Shown one piece after another: positions 46,858-57,117 of a stretch of DNA of 64,000 nucleotides. Within the stretch, counting starts at the first letter, position 1. Each line of letters starts with the position of its first letter. The stretch spans positions 1,026-65,025 of the forward strand of contig SKXQ01000003.1 of NCBI GenBank assembly GCA_007128315.1. Reading direction: 5' to 3'. A model generated the notes under the pieces. That model was given only the letters and a program-made list of their open reading frames with translations. It searched no databases and had not been told where the DNA came from. A program made the translations under genes and the position numbers. Source of the stretch: Spirochaetaceae bacterium (GTDB taxonomy: Bacteria; Spirochaetota; Spirochaetia; DSM-27196; SKKC01).

Positions 46858-47512
46858 CCCGTCGCGGTATCGATGCGAGTATCCACTGCAGCGTCAGTTC
46901 TTCCTGCAACCCGGGATCTATGACACCGCCACCGTCGCACTCGGTTCTGACCCGCTCCCGCAGTCGGGAGAGGGCCATTCCTGCGCTGACGGTTATATTA
47001 AAGCTCTCAACGAATCCATACATAGGCAGGCGCAGTCTTGTCGTGCAGCGCCGTGCGGCTGCGGGTGAAATTCCAGTCTTCTCGTAGCCGAAGACCAGAG
47101 CGACTGGCTGATCAATCGGGAGTGTGTCTGCGGTGTAGCCGTCGAGATGGGGGCTTGTCGCGACAAGATGAAAGCCGTCCCGGGCGAGCTGGTCGAGGCA
47201 AACGCCCGTATTGTCTGCGTCGCGTTGCGCGTAGCGGTGCATGGACAACCACTTTGCTGCTCCGAGCGTGACCCCCTCGTGCAAGGCAAATCGATGCTCG
47301 TTTTCAATGATATGAACGTCCTGTATACCAAGACCTTCTGCGGTTCGTGTGACGGCAGTCGCGTTGAAGGGATTATCAATGTCTTCGAGAACAACTGCGA
47401 TGCGACGCGTGCGCGATGCCGCAACATCCCGGATACGCTGGAGTCGGCGCGGGGTGATATAGGTCGAAAGAGCGTCGATGCGTTCCCGGACACTCAGAGC
47501 TTCAGATCTCAT
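46796..47512 (-). CDS. trmH: TrmH family (SPOUT) tRNA methyltransferase
   Basis: VVLED...N..AV.RT, GAAKW, VFGYEKTG and PMYGFVESFNITV motifs. Confidence 0.85.
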   Translation of the reverse strand: MRSEALSVRERIDALSTYITPRRLQRIRDVAASRTRRIAVVLEDIDNPFNATAVTRTAEGLGIQDVHIIENEHRFALHEGVTLGAAKWLSMHRYAQRDADNTGVCLDQLARDGFHLVATSPHLDGYTADTLPIDQPVALVFGYEKTGISPAAARRCTTRLRLPMYGFVESFNITVSAGMALSRLRERVRTECDGGGVIDPGLQEELTLQWILASIPRRVRDALPEGLVGRVQPGRRVD

Positions 47513-47532
47513 GCTGCCTTCCGTCTCCTGCT

Positions 47533-48498
47533 TCAGTACCCGGTGTCATAGTCGACAAGATTCAGCAAGGCCTCTCCCGCCACGAATCGATTCAGGTTCT
47601 TGAGATACTGCTCGAAAGCGCGCTCAAAGTAGCGGTCTGACCGTCCGGACACGTGCGGGGTAATAATGAGATTCGGCATGCCCCAGAGCATACTCTCGGC
47701 CGGAAGCGGTTCGGGGTCGGTCACGTCCAGACAGGCGGTGAAATCCGGGTGTCGTTCGAGATGATGGACAAGATCCGCCTCGACAACAGCGTCACCTCGT
47801 CCGATGTTGACAAAGATTCCGTCGGCCGGCATGCGCGCGAACGCGGACCAGTCAAAGATCCCACGACTGTCCACCGTACTCGGAAGGACCGAAACGCAGA
47901 CATCCGCTTCGGTCAGCGCGTCGTAGAGCTCACGTATCGAAACCATGCGTTCGAAACCGGGAGGCGTCTGTAATGATTCAGATCTGCGCACACCTATGCA
48001 GTGCATCCCGAGATAATGCAGGGTTCGCCCGAGATGCTGCCCGATTGCGCCGGCACCGACAATGACCACCGTACGTCCACCGAGTTCGCGGTACCGGCTC
48101 ATCGGGCCGTCATCCCACTTTCCGGCTTCCTGGTTTCGGATATCACGATGCATTCCGCGCATGGCAATGATGATGAGCGCGATAGTGTGCTCGGTCATGG
48201 TCGCACCATGAATACCGGATGACGTGGTCACCTGAAGCGTTGCCCGCCGCTCAACCGGAATGCGATCGATCCACTCAGCCCCTGCGTGCCAGGTATGGAA
48301 CCATCGAATTCGCGGCGAATCAATAACCGCCTGTTTCGGAACGCTCCCAACGGCGAGTTCGGCATCCGGTGCGCGCTCTTTCAGCTCATCCCGATCACCG
48401 GACGCGACAACCGTGTAATGCCCTGCCGCCTGTTCAAGCCGTTCCCGGTCCTCCTGGGAAAGATCATCCCCGAAGGTACCAAAAAGAAGTATACCCAC
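47533..48498 (-). CDS. D-2-hydroxyacid dehydrogenase family protein
   Basis: VGAGAIG, FVNIGRG, LDVTDPEPLP and ITPHVSG motifs. Confidence 0.92.
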   Translation of the reverse strand: MGILLFGTFGDDLSQEDRERLEQAAGHYTVVASGDRDELKERAPDAELAVGSVPKQAVIDSPRIRWFHTWHAGAEWIDRIPVERRATLQVTTSSGIHGATMTEHTIALIIIAMRGMHRDIRNQEAGKWDDGPMSRYRELGGRTVVIVGAGAIGQHLGRTLHYLGMHCIGVRRSESLQTPPGFERMVSIRELYDALTEADVCVSVLPSTVDSRGIFDWSAFARMPADGIFVNIGRGDAVVEADLVHHLERHPDFTACLDVTDPEPLPAESMLWGMPNLIITPHVSGRSDRYFERAFEQYLKNLNRFVAGEALLNLVDYDTGY

Positions 48499-48531
48499 GC
48501 TGTTTCCTTGTTTTCTCTGTACGATACGCGC

Positions 48532-48762
48532 CTAGAGCTCGTTCTTCGATACTCTTGCCCGAAACCGGGTGCCTGCAATCTGACAGGCCATCGTGATCTC
48601 ATCGGTGACGTCACGTTTCGCTTTCACCGAAATAAGACCACGCGCCGGGCTTACCGAGACCTCGTATATTTCAGGGACCATTGTCAGGGTACTGCGAAGA
48701 GACGTCACGTGCCCGTCTTTCAGGCCGTCTACCATGTAATAGTACCATTTTTTCATCAACAT
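48532..48762 (-). CDS. Small hypothetical protein, HMA-like fold without CxxC
   Basis: 76 aa, SD AGGAG; fills the gap within the operon; beta-alpha-beta-beta-alpha-beta pattern by eye. Confidence 0.65.
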   Translation of the reverse strand: MLMKKWYYYMVDGLKDGHVTSLRSTLTMVPEIYEVSVSPARGLISVKAKRDVTDEITMACQIAGTRFRARVSKNEL

Positions 48763-48784
48763 GCGCAGCTCCTGTTTCTGTCAC

Positions 48785-49696
48785 TCAGGCCCAGAGAGGT
48801 CGCGGGTAGGACCCGTCCGCCGCACGGCGCAGGAGCTCCTGTTCGACCACCGGTTTGTCCTCGCGATAGGTCACACCGAACCACTGTTCTTCACTGCGGA
48901 GTACCGACATTGACGCGCTGCCTGTCCTGATCAGTTCGTCGACCACATCCGGTATATAGTACTCCGATGTAGGGTCGTTCCCTGCGCGATCAAGAAACCC
49001 GGTAAATCCAGCTTCGATAAAGTCGAATGCACTGGGCGTAAAGCCGAACATGTTCATGCTGACGAGTTCATCTCCTGTGAGCACCTGTTCGGTCCCGTCG
49101 GGACGGACACTGACCGCCGCCTCGCCGCGCGGGAACAGTTTCTTGTGTTCAACTATACCCGCAAGCGTGTGCCGATCGTCCACGTCACAGACTGCTCTGG
49201 ACACGGATCCGTTAGGCGAAAGAGTCTTCCGCAGCACAAAACCAACCATGGCGTAGTGTGTCGAGGCAGAAGTTTCGGTGCTCAGGGCCCGGGACAGGGT
49301 ACGATACGAGCCCGATCCGTAAAAGTCGTCGGCATTAATGACCGCAAAGGGCTCGGCGACAACATTCCGGCAGACCCATACGGCGTGTGCGGTACCCCAG
49401 GGTTTCTTCCGTTCCTGTGTAAGTTTGAAGGTACCCGGGACGTCGTCGAGCTCCTGAAACACGTAAGACACGTCAACGAAGGACTCGAAACGACTCCCGA
49501 CCATACGCCGGAACTCGCTTTCGATGTCTTTCCGGATTACGAAGACCACGCGTCCAAAATCCGCGCGCAACGCGTCGTAAACGGAGTAGTCGAGGATAGC
49601 CTCTCCATCCGGTCCAACTGCATCAATCTGCTTGATTCCACCATAGCGGCTTCCCATACCTGCCGCAAGAACGATAAGCGTCGGTTTCATGCCCAT
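48785..49696 (-). CDS. Sugar-phosphate nucleotidyltransferase
   Basis: LAAGMGSRYGGIKQ, KPWGTAHA, INADDFYG and WFGVTY motifs; start 49696 or 49690. Confidence 0.9.
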   Translation of the reverse strand: MGMKPTLIVLAAGMGSRYGGIKQIDAVGPDGEAILDYSVYDALRADFGRVVFVIRKDIESEFRRMVGSRFESFVDVSYVFQELDDVPGTFKLTQERKKPWGTAHAVWVCRNVVAEPFAVINADDFYGSGSYRTLSRALSTETSASTHYAMVGFVLRKTLSPNGSVSRAVCDVDDRHTLAGIVEHKKLFPRGEAAVSVRPDGTEQVLTGDELVSMNMFGFTPSAFDFIEAGFTGFLDRAGNDPTSEYYIPDVVDELIRTGSASMSVLRSEEQWFGVTYREDKPVVEQELLRRAADGSYPRPLWA

Positions 49697-49760
49697 AAGT
49701 TGTATCACCTCCGGCTCGATTTTGCATACAGCCTGTTCCGGCAGTATGTTCAACACTACG

Positions 49761-51008
49761 ATGAGCATTGATCAGACTGGTTCCAGGGAAGTCTATACAA
49801 TACGGTTTCACGAGCACATACGCGATATTCCACAGCAGGAATGGGACAGACTCTCGCTTGGGACCGAAACACCGCTCCTCGAATGGGAGTGGTTGCGGTG
49901 TATGGAAGAAAGCGGAAGCATCTCGCCCGAGGAAGGATGGATCCCCCATCATATCGGCGTATACGATAAGGGGACTCTTGTCGGGGCGGCGCCGCTATAC
50001 GTGAAAACGCACAGTATGGGTGAGTTCGTGTTCGACTTCGCCTTTGCAGATGTTGCGCACCAGCTCGGTGCATCCTACTACCCGAAACTCATCGGTATGA
50101 GCCCGGCTACACCTTCGAACGCCTTTGCGTTTCTGACCGAAGCCGGGCCCCACGAGGCCGAAATACAGTCCGTCATGGCCACATCGATTCTGGAAATGGC
50201 GCAGGAAACCGGCATGGGTGGAGTCGCCTTCAACTTCGCCGATCCGAAGTGGATGAATGGTGCAGGGAAAGCAGCTCTGGAGCAACACGACTTCGTCAGC
50301 TGGACACATCAGCTGTATCACTGGCGCAACCGGAGCTTCACATCCTTTAATGACTATATAGCGTGCTTTACCAAGAATCAGCGGCGGAACATTAGACGCG
50401 AGCGTGAGAGCATGAACCGACAGGGAATCAGCATCGTAATACGCACTGGAGACGACATTAACCTCGACCTCCTTGACTACATGTACGATTTCTACTCCGA
50501 GCACAACGCCCGGTTCGGCCCATGGGCTGCCAAGTTCCTGAACAGAACGTTCTTTCGCATGCTCGCAGACGGGTTCCGCGACAGGATCGCACTGGTCTGC
50601 GCGTACTCCCGGGAGCAGTGCGACACGGGAGGAGACCCGCTGCATGGACAGCGCCCCATCGCCATGGCATTTCTGCTGGTAAAGAACCGCACGATATGGG
50701 GGCGGTACTGGGGTGCTGATGAAGACATTCGCGATCTGCACTTCAACTGCTGCTATTACAAACCTATCGAGTGGGCAATTGAACACGGATACGAGCTCTT
50801 CGACCCGGGCATGGGATCATCACACAAGGTGCGCCGTGGCTTCGAGGCTGTCTCCGGGTACAGTCTTCATCGGTTTATGGACGAGCGCATGCAATATATC
50901 CTCCACAACAATATTGACCGCATAAACTCCATGGAGAGCGCACACGTCGAGCAGCTGAATGCTGCCCGACCAGTCCAGGACAATCCGTATCGGGGAGTAG
51001 CAGGATGA
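49761..51008 (+). CDS. FemAB-like GNAT family protein (DUF482 type)
   Basis: PLYVKTHSMGEFVFD, YYPKL, RNIRRER, GRYWG, LHFNCCYY and HKVRRGF motifs. Confidence 0.9.
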   Translation: MSIDQTGSREVYTIRFHEHIRDIPQQEWDRLSLGTETPLLEWEWLRCMEESGSISPEEGWIPHHIGVYDKGTLVGAAPLYVKTHSMGEFVFDFAFADVAHQLGASYYPKLIGMSPATPSNAFAFLTEAGPHEAEIQSVMATSILEMAQETGMGGVAFNFADPKWMNGAGKAALEQHDFVSWTHQLYHWRNRSFTSFNDYIACFTKNQRRNIRRERESMNRQGISIVIRTGDDINLDLLDYMYDFYSEHNARFGPWAAKFLNRTFFRMLADGFRDRIALVCAYSREQCDTGGDPLHGQRPIAMAFLLVKNRTIWGRYWGADEDIRDLHFNCCYYKPIEWAIEHGYELFDPGMGSSHKVRRGFEAVSGYSLHRFMDERMQYILHNNIDRINSMESAHVEQLNAARPVQDNPYRGVAG

Positions 51009-52129
51009 GAGCTGCCGTATTGAGCGGACCCGGCCTCATTACCATGGAAGATCGTGATCCACCGACCCTCCGGCCAGGATGGGTCCGCGTCAGGATTTCA
51101 GTCGTTGCCGCCTGTGAAGACGACCTTGACGCGTATCGCGGGACGGTTGAACACCAGCGCTATCCGATCATACCCGGACGCGACGCCATCGGTACAATCG
51201 TGGAGTATCGCGACACGGAACAGACGCACCACGAGAACGAGCCAGGAATCATACCGTTCCGGCGTCCCGATATGGCGCTGAACGAAGGCAGTCTTGTCGC
51301 AATTCTTCCGGAGAATTACGCTGATCGGGTTCTGTCCGGACACGGCGGCGAACACAATGATCAGCACAGCGGACAGTGTAACAGGCTCCCCCGCTTTCGC
51401 ACCAGAGGCATCCCGAACCGCCCGACCCGCACCCGCCTGGGCCACAACGTTGATGGGGCCATGGCTGAGTACGCGGTCGTTCCACTTGAGCAGTGCGTTG
51501 CGATTCCTGAAAACATAGAGACCCGCGACGGAGTCTTTCTTCAGGCCGGGCGCAAGGCGATGTACGCCGTGCACCGAAGCGAAGTCGGTGACGGCGACTA
51601 CATAGCGATAATCGGTGCCGGCGACACGGGCATCATAGCCGCACAGCTCGTCCGGAACAGGGGTGGCATACCGATCCTGATTGATACAGGAGAAACCAGG
51701 CTCGACCTCGCCCGAAGTCTCGGTTTCGAGCACACCGTAAACCCGTACAACGCATACGCGGCTGAGGAAATCGAATGGATCACTTCAGGAGACATGGCCG
51801 ACGCCGTCATCGATATGACCGGCCGGACCGACGTCGCGGCGCAGTGTCCCGACTTTGCGTCTGAAGGGGGTCGCATCGTATACACCCGATGCCAGCAGCC
51901 GGATGCCTTCGTGAGCTCCCGCAGTCTGGTCATGAAAGAACTGAGCGTCATCGGATGCCGCTACTGCGGCGCACCTCCGGATGCGGTGTTCGAAGAGATG
52001 GCAAGCGGACGGCTGCGCGTTGACTCGCTGGTTTCCACGCAGCTTCCCCTCGAGGCTGCTCCCATCGTAATCCCTTCAATAGTCGAGCATCCCGACCATT
52101 ATATGCGAGTGCTGTTCGGGGGCGAGTAG
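51005..52129 (+). CDS. Medium-chain dehydrogenase (Zn-ADH-like) with degenerate metal ligands
   Basis: MDR fold motifs (DGAMAEY, IIGAGDTG); GHE appears as GRD and the structural-Zn Cys cluster is absent. Confidence 0.8.
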   Translation: MRAAVLSGPGLITMEDRDPPTLRPGWVRVRISVVAACEDDLDAYRGTVEHQRYPIIPGRDAIGTIVEYRDTEQTHHENEPGIIPFRRPDMALNEGSLVAILPENYADRVLSGHGGEHNDQHSGQCNRLPRFRTRGIPNRPTRTRLGHNVDGAMAEYAVVPLEQCVAIPENIETRDGVFLQAGRKAMYAVHRSEVGDGDYIAIIGAGDTGIIAAQLVRNRGGIPILIDTGETRLDLARSLGFEHTVNPYNAYAAEEIEWITSGDMADAVIDMTGRTDVAAQCPDFASEGGRIVYTRCQQPDAFVSSRSLVMKELSVIGCRYCGAPPDAVFEEMASGRLRVDSLVSTQLPLEAAPIVIPSIVEHPDHYMRVLFGGE

Positions 52130-54468
52130 TCCGTAGTCGGCGAAAACTCTTCCCTGACGGTCACCCGGCTGCTCTGACTGCGCTGCGCTTGAACGACAGC
52201 GAGACCGACAATGTTCACTATTTCACGCACGCTCGACCCGAGCTGCAGAATGTGTACGGGTTTCTTCATTCCCATGAGTATGGGGCCGACGAGCTCAGCT
52301 TCTCCGATTTCCCCAAGCAGTTTATACGCGATATTTCCGGCCTCAAGATTAGGAAAGATCAGCGTATTCACCCTCTTGCCGTTCAGTCGACTGAAGGGAT
52401 AGGTCTCCTGCATCAAATCCGGTGACAGCGCAAAGTTTGCCTGCACCTCGCCATCAAGACGCAGGTCGGGGTAAGCACGGCGCGCTTTTGCTACTGCTTC
52501 TGCGGCCCGTTGCGGTCCGGGGTCCCGTGCAGAACCGAAGTTCGAGTAACTGAGAACCGCCACAACCGGCTCGTAATTGAAGAACCGTACGGTCCGGGCG
52601 GTCAGCCCTATGATATCGACGAGGTCGTCTGCCGTCGGTGCAACGTTCACCGTCGTGTCGGCGAGAAAATACACCCCGTGTTTCGCGTTGACGATGTACA
52701 TACCCGCAACCTTGTTGACTCCCGTTTCCCGCTCAATGACCTGCAGAGCCGGGCGTATGACACTGGGGTACTCGCGGGTTCTGCCGGAAATGAAGGCATC
52801 GGCATCGCCATGCTCGAGCATTCCAAGACCGAAATAGTTGCGATCCCGCATGAGCCGCTCAGCCTCGGACGCGGTTACTCCTTTGCGGGCGCGTTTCAGA
52901 TAGAGGTTGCGGGCGTAGCGCTCGACCGCTCCTTCTTCTGCTTGTGGATCGATTACCGGACAGGACCGCAACGCCTGAAGATCGTGCTCCGTAATAAGCT
53001 GTTCAATAATCGCCGGCCGGCCGAGCAGAACAGGCGATGCAATCTGCTGGGACGCGGTGATGTCTGCGGCTTTGAGCACGTTGTAGTCTTCAGCCTCAGC
53101 GAAGACTACCCGTTTCGGGTCGTGGCGGGCCTGAGTCAGAATACCTGAGACGAGTTTCTGTCCGATTCCAACCCGCTCGAGGAGCTCCGCCTCGTAGATG
53201 TCCCAGTCGCTGATCGCAGTGCGTGCCACACCGCTTTCCATCGCAGCCCTCGCGACCGCCGGTGCGATCGTGGTCAGAAGGCGGGGATCCAGCGGCTTGG
53301 GTATGACATAGCTGCGACCGAAGGCAAGCCCGTCGGACGCGTATGCCCTACCGACGGAGTCTGGTACCGGTTCGCGAGCGAGGCGGGCGAGCGCCTGTGC
53401 TGCGGCAACCTTCATCGCTTCGTTGATCTCGGTTGCCTGCACATCCAGTGCTCCGCGAAAAATATACGGGAAGCCCAGTACATTGTTTACCTGGTTCGGA
53501 TAGTCGCTGCGACCGGTCGCCATAATTACATCCGGTCTGCAGGAGGTCGCCGTCGCATAGTCGATTTCCGGCTCCGGATTCGCAAGCGCAAAAACAACCG
53601 GATCGCGATTCATGCGCCGTATATGATCCGGGCTGACGATGCCCCCGACGGACACACCGAGAAGAACGTCTGCTCCAACGATAGCCTCGTCGAAATCAGC
53701 CAAATCGGACTCGGTCGCGAACTCGGCTGCCGGATGATCTGCAGGAACCACTCCCTGACGGATGACACCGTCGGCATCGACCATAATGATGTGCTCCCGT
53801 TTCACACCAAGCTGATGATAGAAGCGGGTGCACGCAAGGCCAGCTGCACCCGCCCCGATCACGACGAGTCGCACATCGGCGATGTGCTTGCCGGCGAGTA
53901 CCAGGGCATTTATCAGCGCCGCGCCGGTGATGATCGCTGTGCCGTGCTGATCGTCGTGCATAACTGGAATGCGGCACCGGCGCTTGAGCTCCTGCTCTAT
54001 GTAGAAACACTCAGGGGCTCGAATGTCTTCGAGATTGATGCCACCGAAGGTGGGCTCGAGTCTCACCATGGTATCGATAAAAGCGTCGGGGTCCCGTTCG
54101 TCAACTTCAAGATCAAAACCGTCTATACCCGCGAAACGCTTGAACAGCACGGCCTTGCCTTCCATGACCGGCTTGGCAGCGGCTGCACCGATGGCTCCAA
54201 GTCCAAGCACCGCAGTTCCATTGGTCGCTATGGCGACGAGATTACCCTTAGCCGTGTAACGATACGCGGCGTCCTCAGATTCGGCGATGGCCCGTGCAGG
54301 CACCGCAACCCCGGGAGAATACGCCGCCGCCAGATCGTACTGAGTCGTCAGCGGTTTGGTCGCCGCGATTTCCAGTTTTCCGGCTGGCGGGACTTCGTGG
54401 TATTTCAGTGCGTCTTCGTCGCTGACGTGCACACTTCCATCGATGGCTTTTTTCTGCTGACCAGGCAT
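52099..54468 (-). CDS. maeB: NADP-dependent malic enzyme fused to PTA-like domain
   Basis: [34 protein letters not shown]-terminal FAEAE, SYSNFGS and FPNLEAGNI. Confidence 0.96.
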   Translation of the reverse strand: MPGQQKKAIDGSVHVSDEDALKYHEVPPAGKLEIAATKPLTTQYDLAAAYSPGVAVPARAIAESEDAAYRYTAKGNLVAIATNGTAVLGLGAIGAAAAKPVMEGKAVLFKRFAGIDGFDLEVDERDPDAFIDTMVRLEPTFGGINLEDIRAPECFYIEQELKRRCRIPVMHDDQHGTAIITGAALINALVLAGKHIADVRLVVIGAGAAGLACTRFYHQLGVKREHIIMVDADGVIRQGVVPADHPAAEFATESDLADFDEAIVGADVLLGVSVGGIVSPDHIRRMNRDPVVFALANPEPEIDYATATSCRPDVIMATGRSDYPNQVNNVLGFPYIFRGALDVQATEINEAMKVAAAQALARLAREPVPDSVGRAYASDGLAFGRSYVIPKPLDPRLLTTIAPAVARAAMESGVARTAISDWDIYEAELLERVGIGQKLVSGILTQARHDPKRVVFAEAEDYNVLKAADITASQQIASPVLLGRPAIIEQLITEHDLQALRSCPVIDPQAEEGAVERYARNLYLKRARKGVTASEAERLMRDRNYFGLGMLEHGDADAFISGRTREYPSVIRPALQVIERETGVNKVAGMYIVNAKHGVYFLADTTVNVAPTADDLVDIIGLTARTVRFFNYEPVVAVLSYSNFGSARDPGPQRAAEAVAKARRAYPDLRLDGEVQANFALSPDLMQETYPFSRLNGKRVNTLIFPNLEAGNIAYKLLGEIGEAELVGPILMGMKKPVHILQLGSSVREIVNIVGLAVVQAQRSQSSRVTVREEFSPTTDYSPPNSTRI

Positions 54469-54489
54469 AATGCCGCGGATTATAGCAGA

Positions 54490-55299
54490 CTATCCGAGGG
54501 CGGGCACACCTACACTGTGACTGCACACATAGAGGAACTCCGTACCGGTTGCAACCGGTCTCTTGTCGTAGGATCCATATGCCGCGTCGACCTTGAAGCC
54601 ATGCGTAGCAAGCAGGATCTGGAGCTGGTACTCATAATAAAATCGCAGAGCAAGGGTATCGACGTGGCGTGCCACGCTGCCGTCCTGATTCGTTGTATAC
54701 ACAATTACTTCAGGAAAGATAAGCTGTTTCTCCATATCGACAGCAGGCATGCGCCGCGCACGTCTGACGGTTTGCCCGGTTCTCGGATCCCGGCGCTCCC
54801 AGTCAGTGTGTTCGATTTCGGTCGTCGCCATGGGTTCCTTGTAGTCCACCTTGAATACATCCAGGATGAACACGCCTCCGGCCGATAGATGGCGTCTGAC
54901 CGATTCAAGACAGCCCGACGTATCGCGATCGTCCGTAAGCGCCTGAAAACTTCGGAAGGGTATGATGATGAGAGGAAACTGCTGCGGAATCTGAAAGCTT
55001 GACATTGACCCCTGCACCACATGCAGACGGTTTCGAACCTCCGGCGAAAGCGAGGCAGCCTTTCGTGCAAGCTCGGTCAACATACTCGCGGAAAGATCGA
55101 GTGCCCATACTTCATGGCCTGCCTCGGCGAGAGGAATTGATACCCGCCCCGTCCCGCAGGCAAGCTCGAGCACGGGGCCGCCTGCCCGGTCAGCAGCCTC
55201 GAGATAGAACGCAAGGTCGGACTCGCTATAGCGGGCAGTGTCCATGTCGTACCAGGGAGCCGTATTCGAGAAAAGGTTCTGCCCGTCCCGCGAACTCAT
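54490..55299 (-). CDS. Class I SAM-dependent methyltransferase
   Basis: VLELACGTGR, LDLS and IPFRSF motifs; ATGA overlap at 55296-55299. Confidence 0.9.
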   Translation of the reverse strand: MSSRDGQNLFSNTAPWYDMDTARYSESDLAFYLEAADRAGGPVLELACGTGRVSIPLAEAGHEVWALDLSASMLTELARKAASLSPEVRNRLHVVQGSMSSFQIPQQFPLIIIPFRSFQALTDDRDTSGCLESVRRHLSAGGVFILDVFKVDYKEPMATTEIEHTDWERRDPRTGQTVRRARRMPAVDMEKQLIFPEVIVYTTNQDGSVARHVDTLALRFYYEYQLQILLATHGFKVDAAYGSYDKRPVATGTEFLYVCSHSVGVPALG

Positions 55300-55712
55300 G
55301 CTTCTTTGTACCCCGCGCGGAGGGCAAGACGTTGCGACCCGAGGGAACACACCAGTGCGGGGACTGCGCTGACGAGGGCCGATCCGCCGGCGACCACAGC
55401 AGCCGGTACTCCGGCGATGCGATCCACGCCGAAGACAAGCGGGAGAAGCACGGCAAGAAGCCCGAGAAAAGCTGTGAGCCAGAGAAACACGGCACCGGTA
55501 ATCGCGATACGACGTCGACTGGCCTGAAACTGTCGATCGACTTCGTAGACCCATCGATAACATGTCAGCGATGAAACACCCGTCTGATCCGCGATATGCG
55601 ACGCAATCCCGTCGACATCGCGACCGTTCCGGAGTTCGTCACGAATCAGCGGAAGCTGGGCACGACTGATGTCGGCTTCACGTCTTGCGCGGTCGGAAAC
55701 GCTCTCGCTCAC
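55296..55712 (-). CDS. Hypothetical membrane protein (helical N-terminus plus two TMs)
   Basis: 138 aa with 4-nt start/stop overlaps with both neighbours. Confidence 0.75.
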   Translation of the reverse strand: MSESVSDRARREADISRAQLPLIRDELRNGRDVDGIASHIADQTGVSSLTCYRWVYEVDRQFQASRRRIAITGAVFLWLTAFLGLLAVLLPLVFGVDRIAGVPAAVVAGGSALVSAVPALVCSLGSQRLALRAGYKEA

Positions 55713-56101
55713 CGGGCATTCTCCGTCATATGTTCGCGAAAGACCTCGAGAAAACCTTCGGAGGCGAGCTGGTTTGTGTCGGCAACCAGTTCTCCATCGA
55801 CGTAATAGCGGATATAGGGGACGAAACTGTTACCCCAGATCCGCTCTTTCATTGTCCGGTACTCGCTGAAGTACTTCTCGCGATCGTAGATGACCGTATA
55901 TATGGAAAGGTCGAAATCTTCCGGCTTCTGGTCCTCGACGAGCGCCTTGAGCGATCTGTCGACCGCCTTCCAGTCGGGACACCAGCTCTGTGTGGAAATA
56001 ACAGCGACAGCCTTTGCGCTTCCAAGAAGCTCGGAAGGGAACTCGTGGTGTGCTATCGCGTATCGTGCGTACTCATCAGGGAGAGCCGTATAAGTGGTCA
56101 T
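55709..56101 (-). CDS. Thioredoxin-fold protein with single-Cys WCPDW motif
   Basis: VAVISTQSWCPDW...VPYIRYYVDGELV matches the Trx pattern including the cis-Pro loop. Confidence 0.75.
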   Translation of the reverse strand: MTTYTALPDEYARYAIAHHEFPSELLGSAKAVAVISTQSWCPDWKAVDRSLKALVEDQKPEDFDLSIYTVIYDREKYFSEYRTMKERIWGNSFVPYIRYYVDGELVADTNQLASEGFLEVFREHMTENAR

Positions 56102-56145
56102 TGTCCATGAAATATACGATTAAAGTGCGCAGCTCGACAAACCGC

Positions 56146-57090
56146 CTACACACTCAGCGCAAGTTTGCCGCGAACGTGTCCGCTCATACTTCGCCTCCAG
56201 GCCGTCTCGACCTCTTCGATCCCGTATACCTGTTCCACCGATGCGGTGAGTCGCCCCGCAGCCGCGTGTTCGGCGATGCGATGCAGGCGTCGCCCGTCGG
56301 GTTTTACGATTTCAAGATGGTAGCGTTTTCCGTCACGGCGGGGCAGTATCGACCGACACAGCGCAATGATTCCGGGATGCACGGTCACAAGCATCCCCTG
56401 ATTGCGAAGGCCGTCGATCGCGCGTCGATAGCTTAATGTTCCCGCAATGTCAAAAATCAGATCGTAGAGAGCGGAGCCGTCCTGCAGGGGGTCGGCCGAA
56501 GAATAATCAATGGTGTGTATCGCTCCCCGTCCACGGCAGTATGACTGATTTTCCGCGCTGCTGACTGCCGTCACACGCGCGCGTCCGATCACGGCGAGCT
56601 GGAGCGCGAAGCTTCCCACACCGCCCGCAGCGCCGTTTATGAGAACATCCGCGCCGGGGGCAATGCGTCCGTGAAGAAACAGCGCCCGAAATGCCGTCAG
56701 GGCCGACAGCGGCATAACGGCCGCGTCCGTCATGGGAATCCCATCCGGAACAGGAGCGAGGTGCTCTGCCTTTGTGCACACAAACTCCGCATAGCTGCCC
56801 TGGGCGCGCAGGAGCGGCAGCATTCCGAACACCGCCTGGCCTGATGAGAACCCGCGTACACCAGGTCCGATTTCATCGATTACACCAGCGAAATCAGCCC
56901 CTGGCGTCCGGTCAGGTCTGAAACCGGTCAGCAGACGGAAATCACCGCGTGTGAGTTTCCAGTCGATGGGATTAATCCCGATTGCACGCACGCGAACGCG
57001 CACCTCGCCACTGCCCGGTGACGGGGACTCGGTTTCGACCCGCTCGAGTACTTCGGGGCCTCCGTAATGCTGATACCGATACTTCCACAT
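56146..57090 (-). CDS. NAD(P)-dependent oxidoreductase, Zn-independent MDR/quinone oxidoreductase type
   Basis: INPIDWK, GADFAG, INGAAGGVG and GHVRGKL motifs. Confidence 0.9.
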   Translation of the reverse strand: MWKYRYQHYGGPEVLERVETESPSPGSGEVRVRVRAIGINPIDWKLTRGDFRLLTGFRPDRTPGADFAGVIDEIGPGVRGFSSGQAVFGMLPLLRAQGSYAEFVCTKAEHLAPVPDGIPMTDAAVMPLSALTAFRALFLHGRIAPGADVLINGAAGGVGSFALQLAVIGRARVTAVSSAENQSYCRGRGAIHTIDYSSADPLQDGSALYDLIFDIAGTLSYRRAIDGLRNQGMLVTVHPGIIALCRSILPRRDGKRYHLEIVKPDGRRLHRIAEHAAAGRLTASVEQVYGIEEVETAWRRSMSGHVRGKLALSV

Positions 57091-57117
57091 AGTCTCGTCT
57101 CTGTTTCCCGCGTCCCG

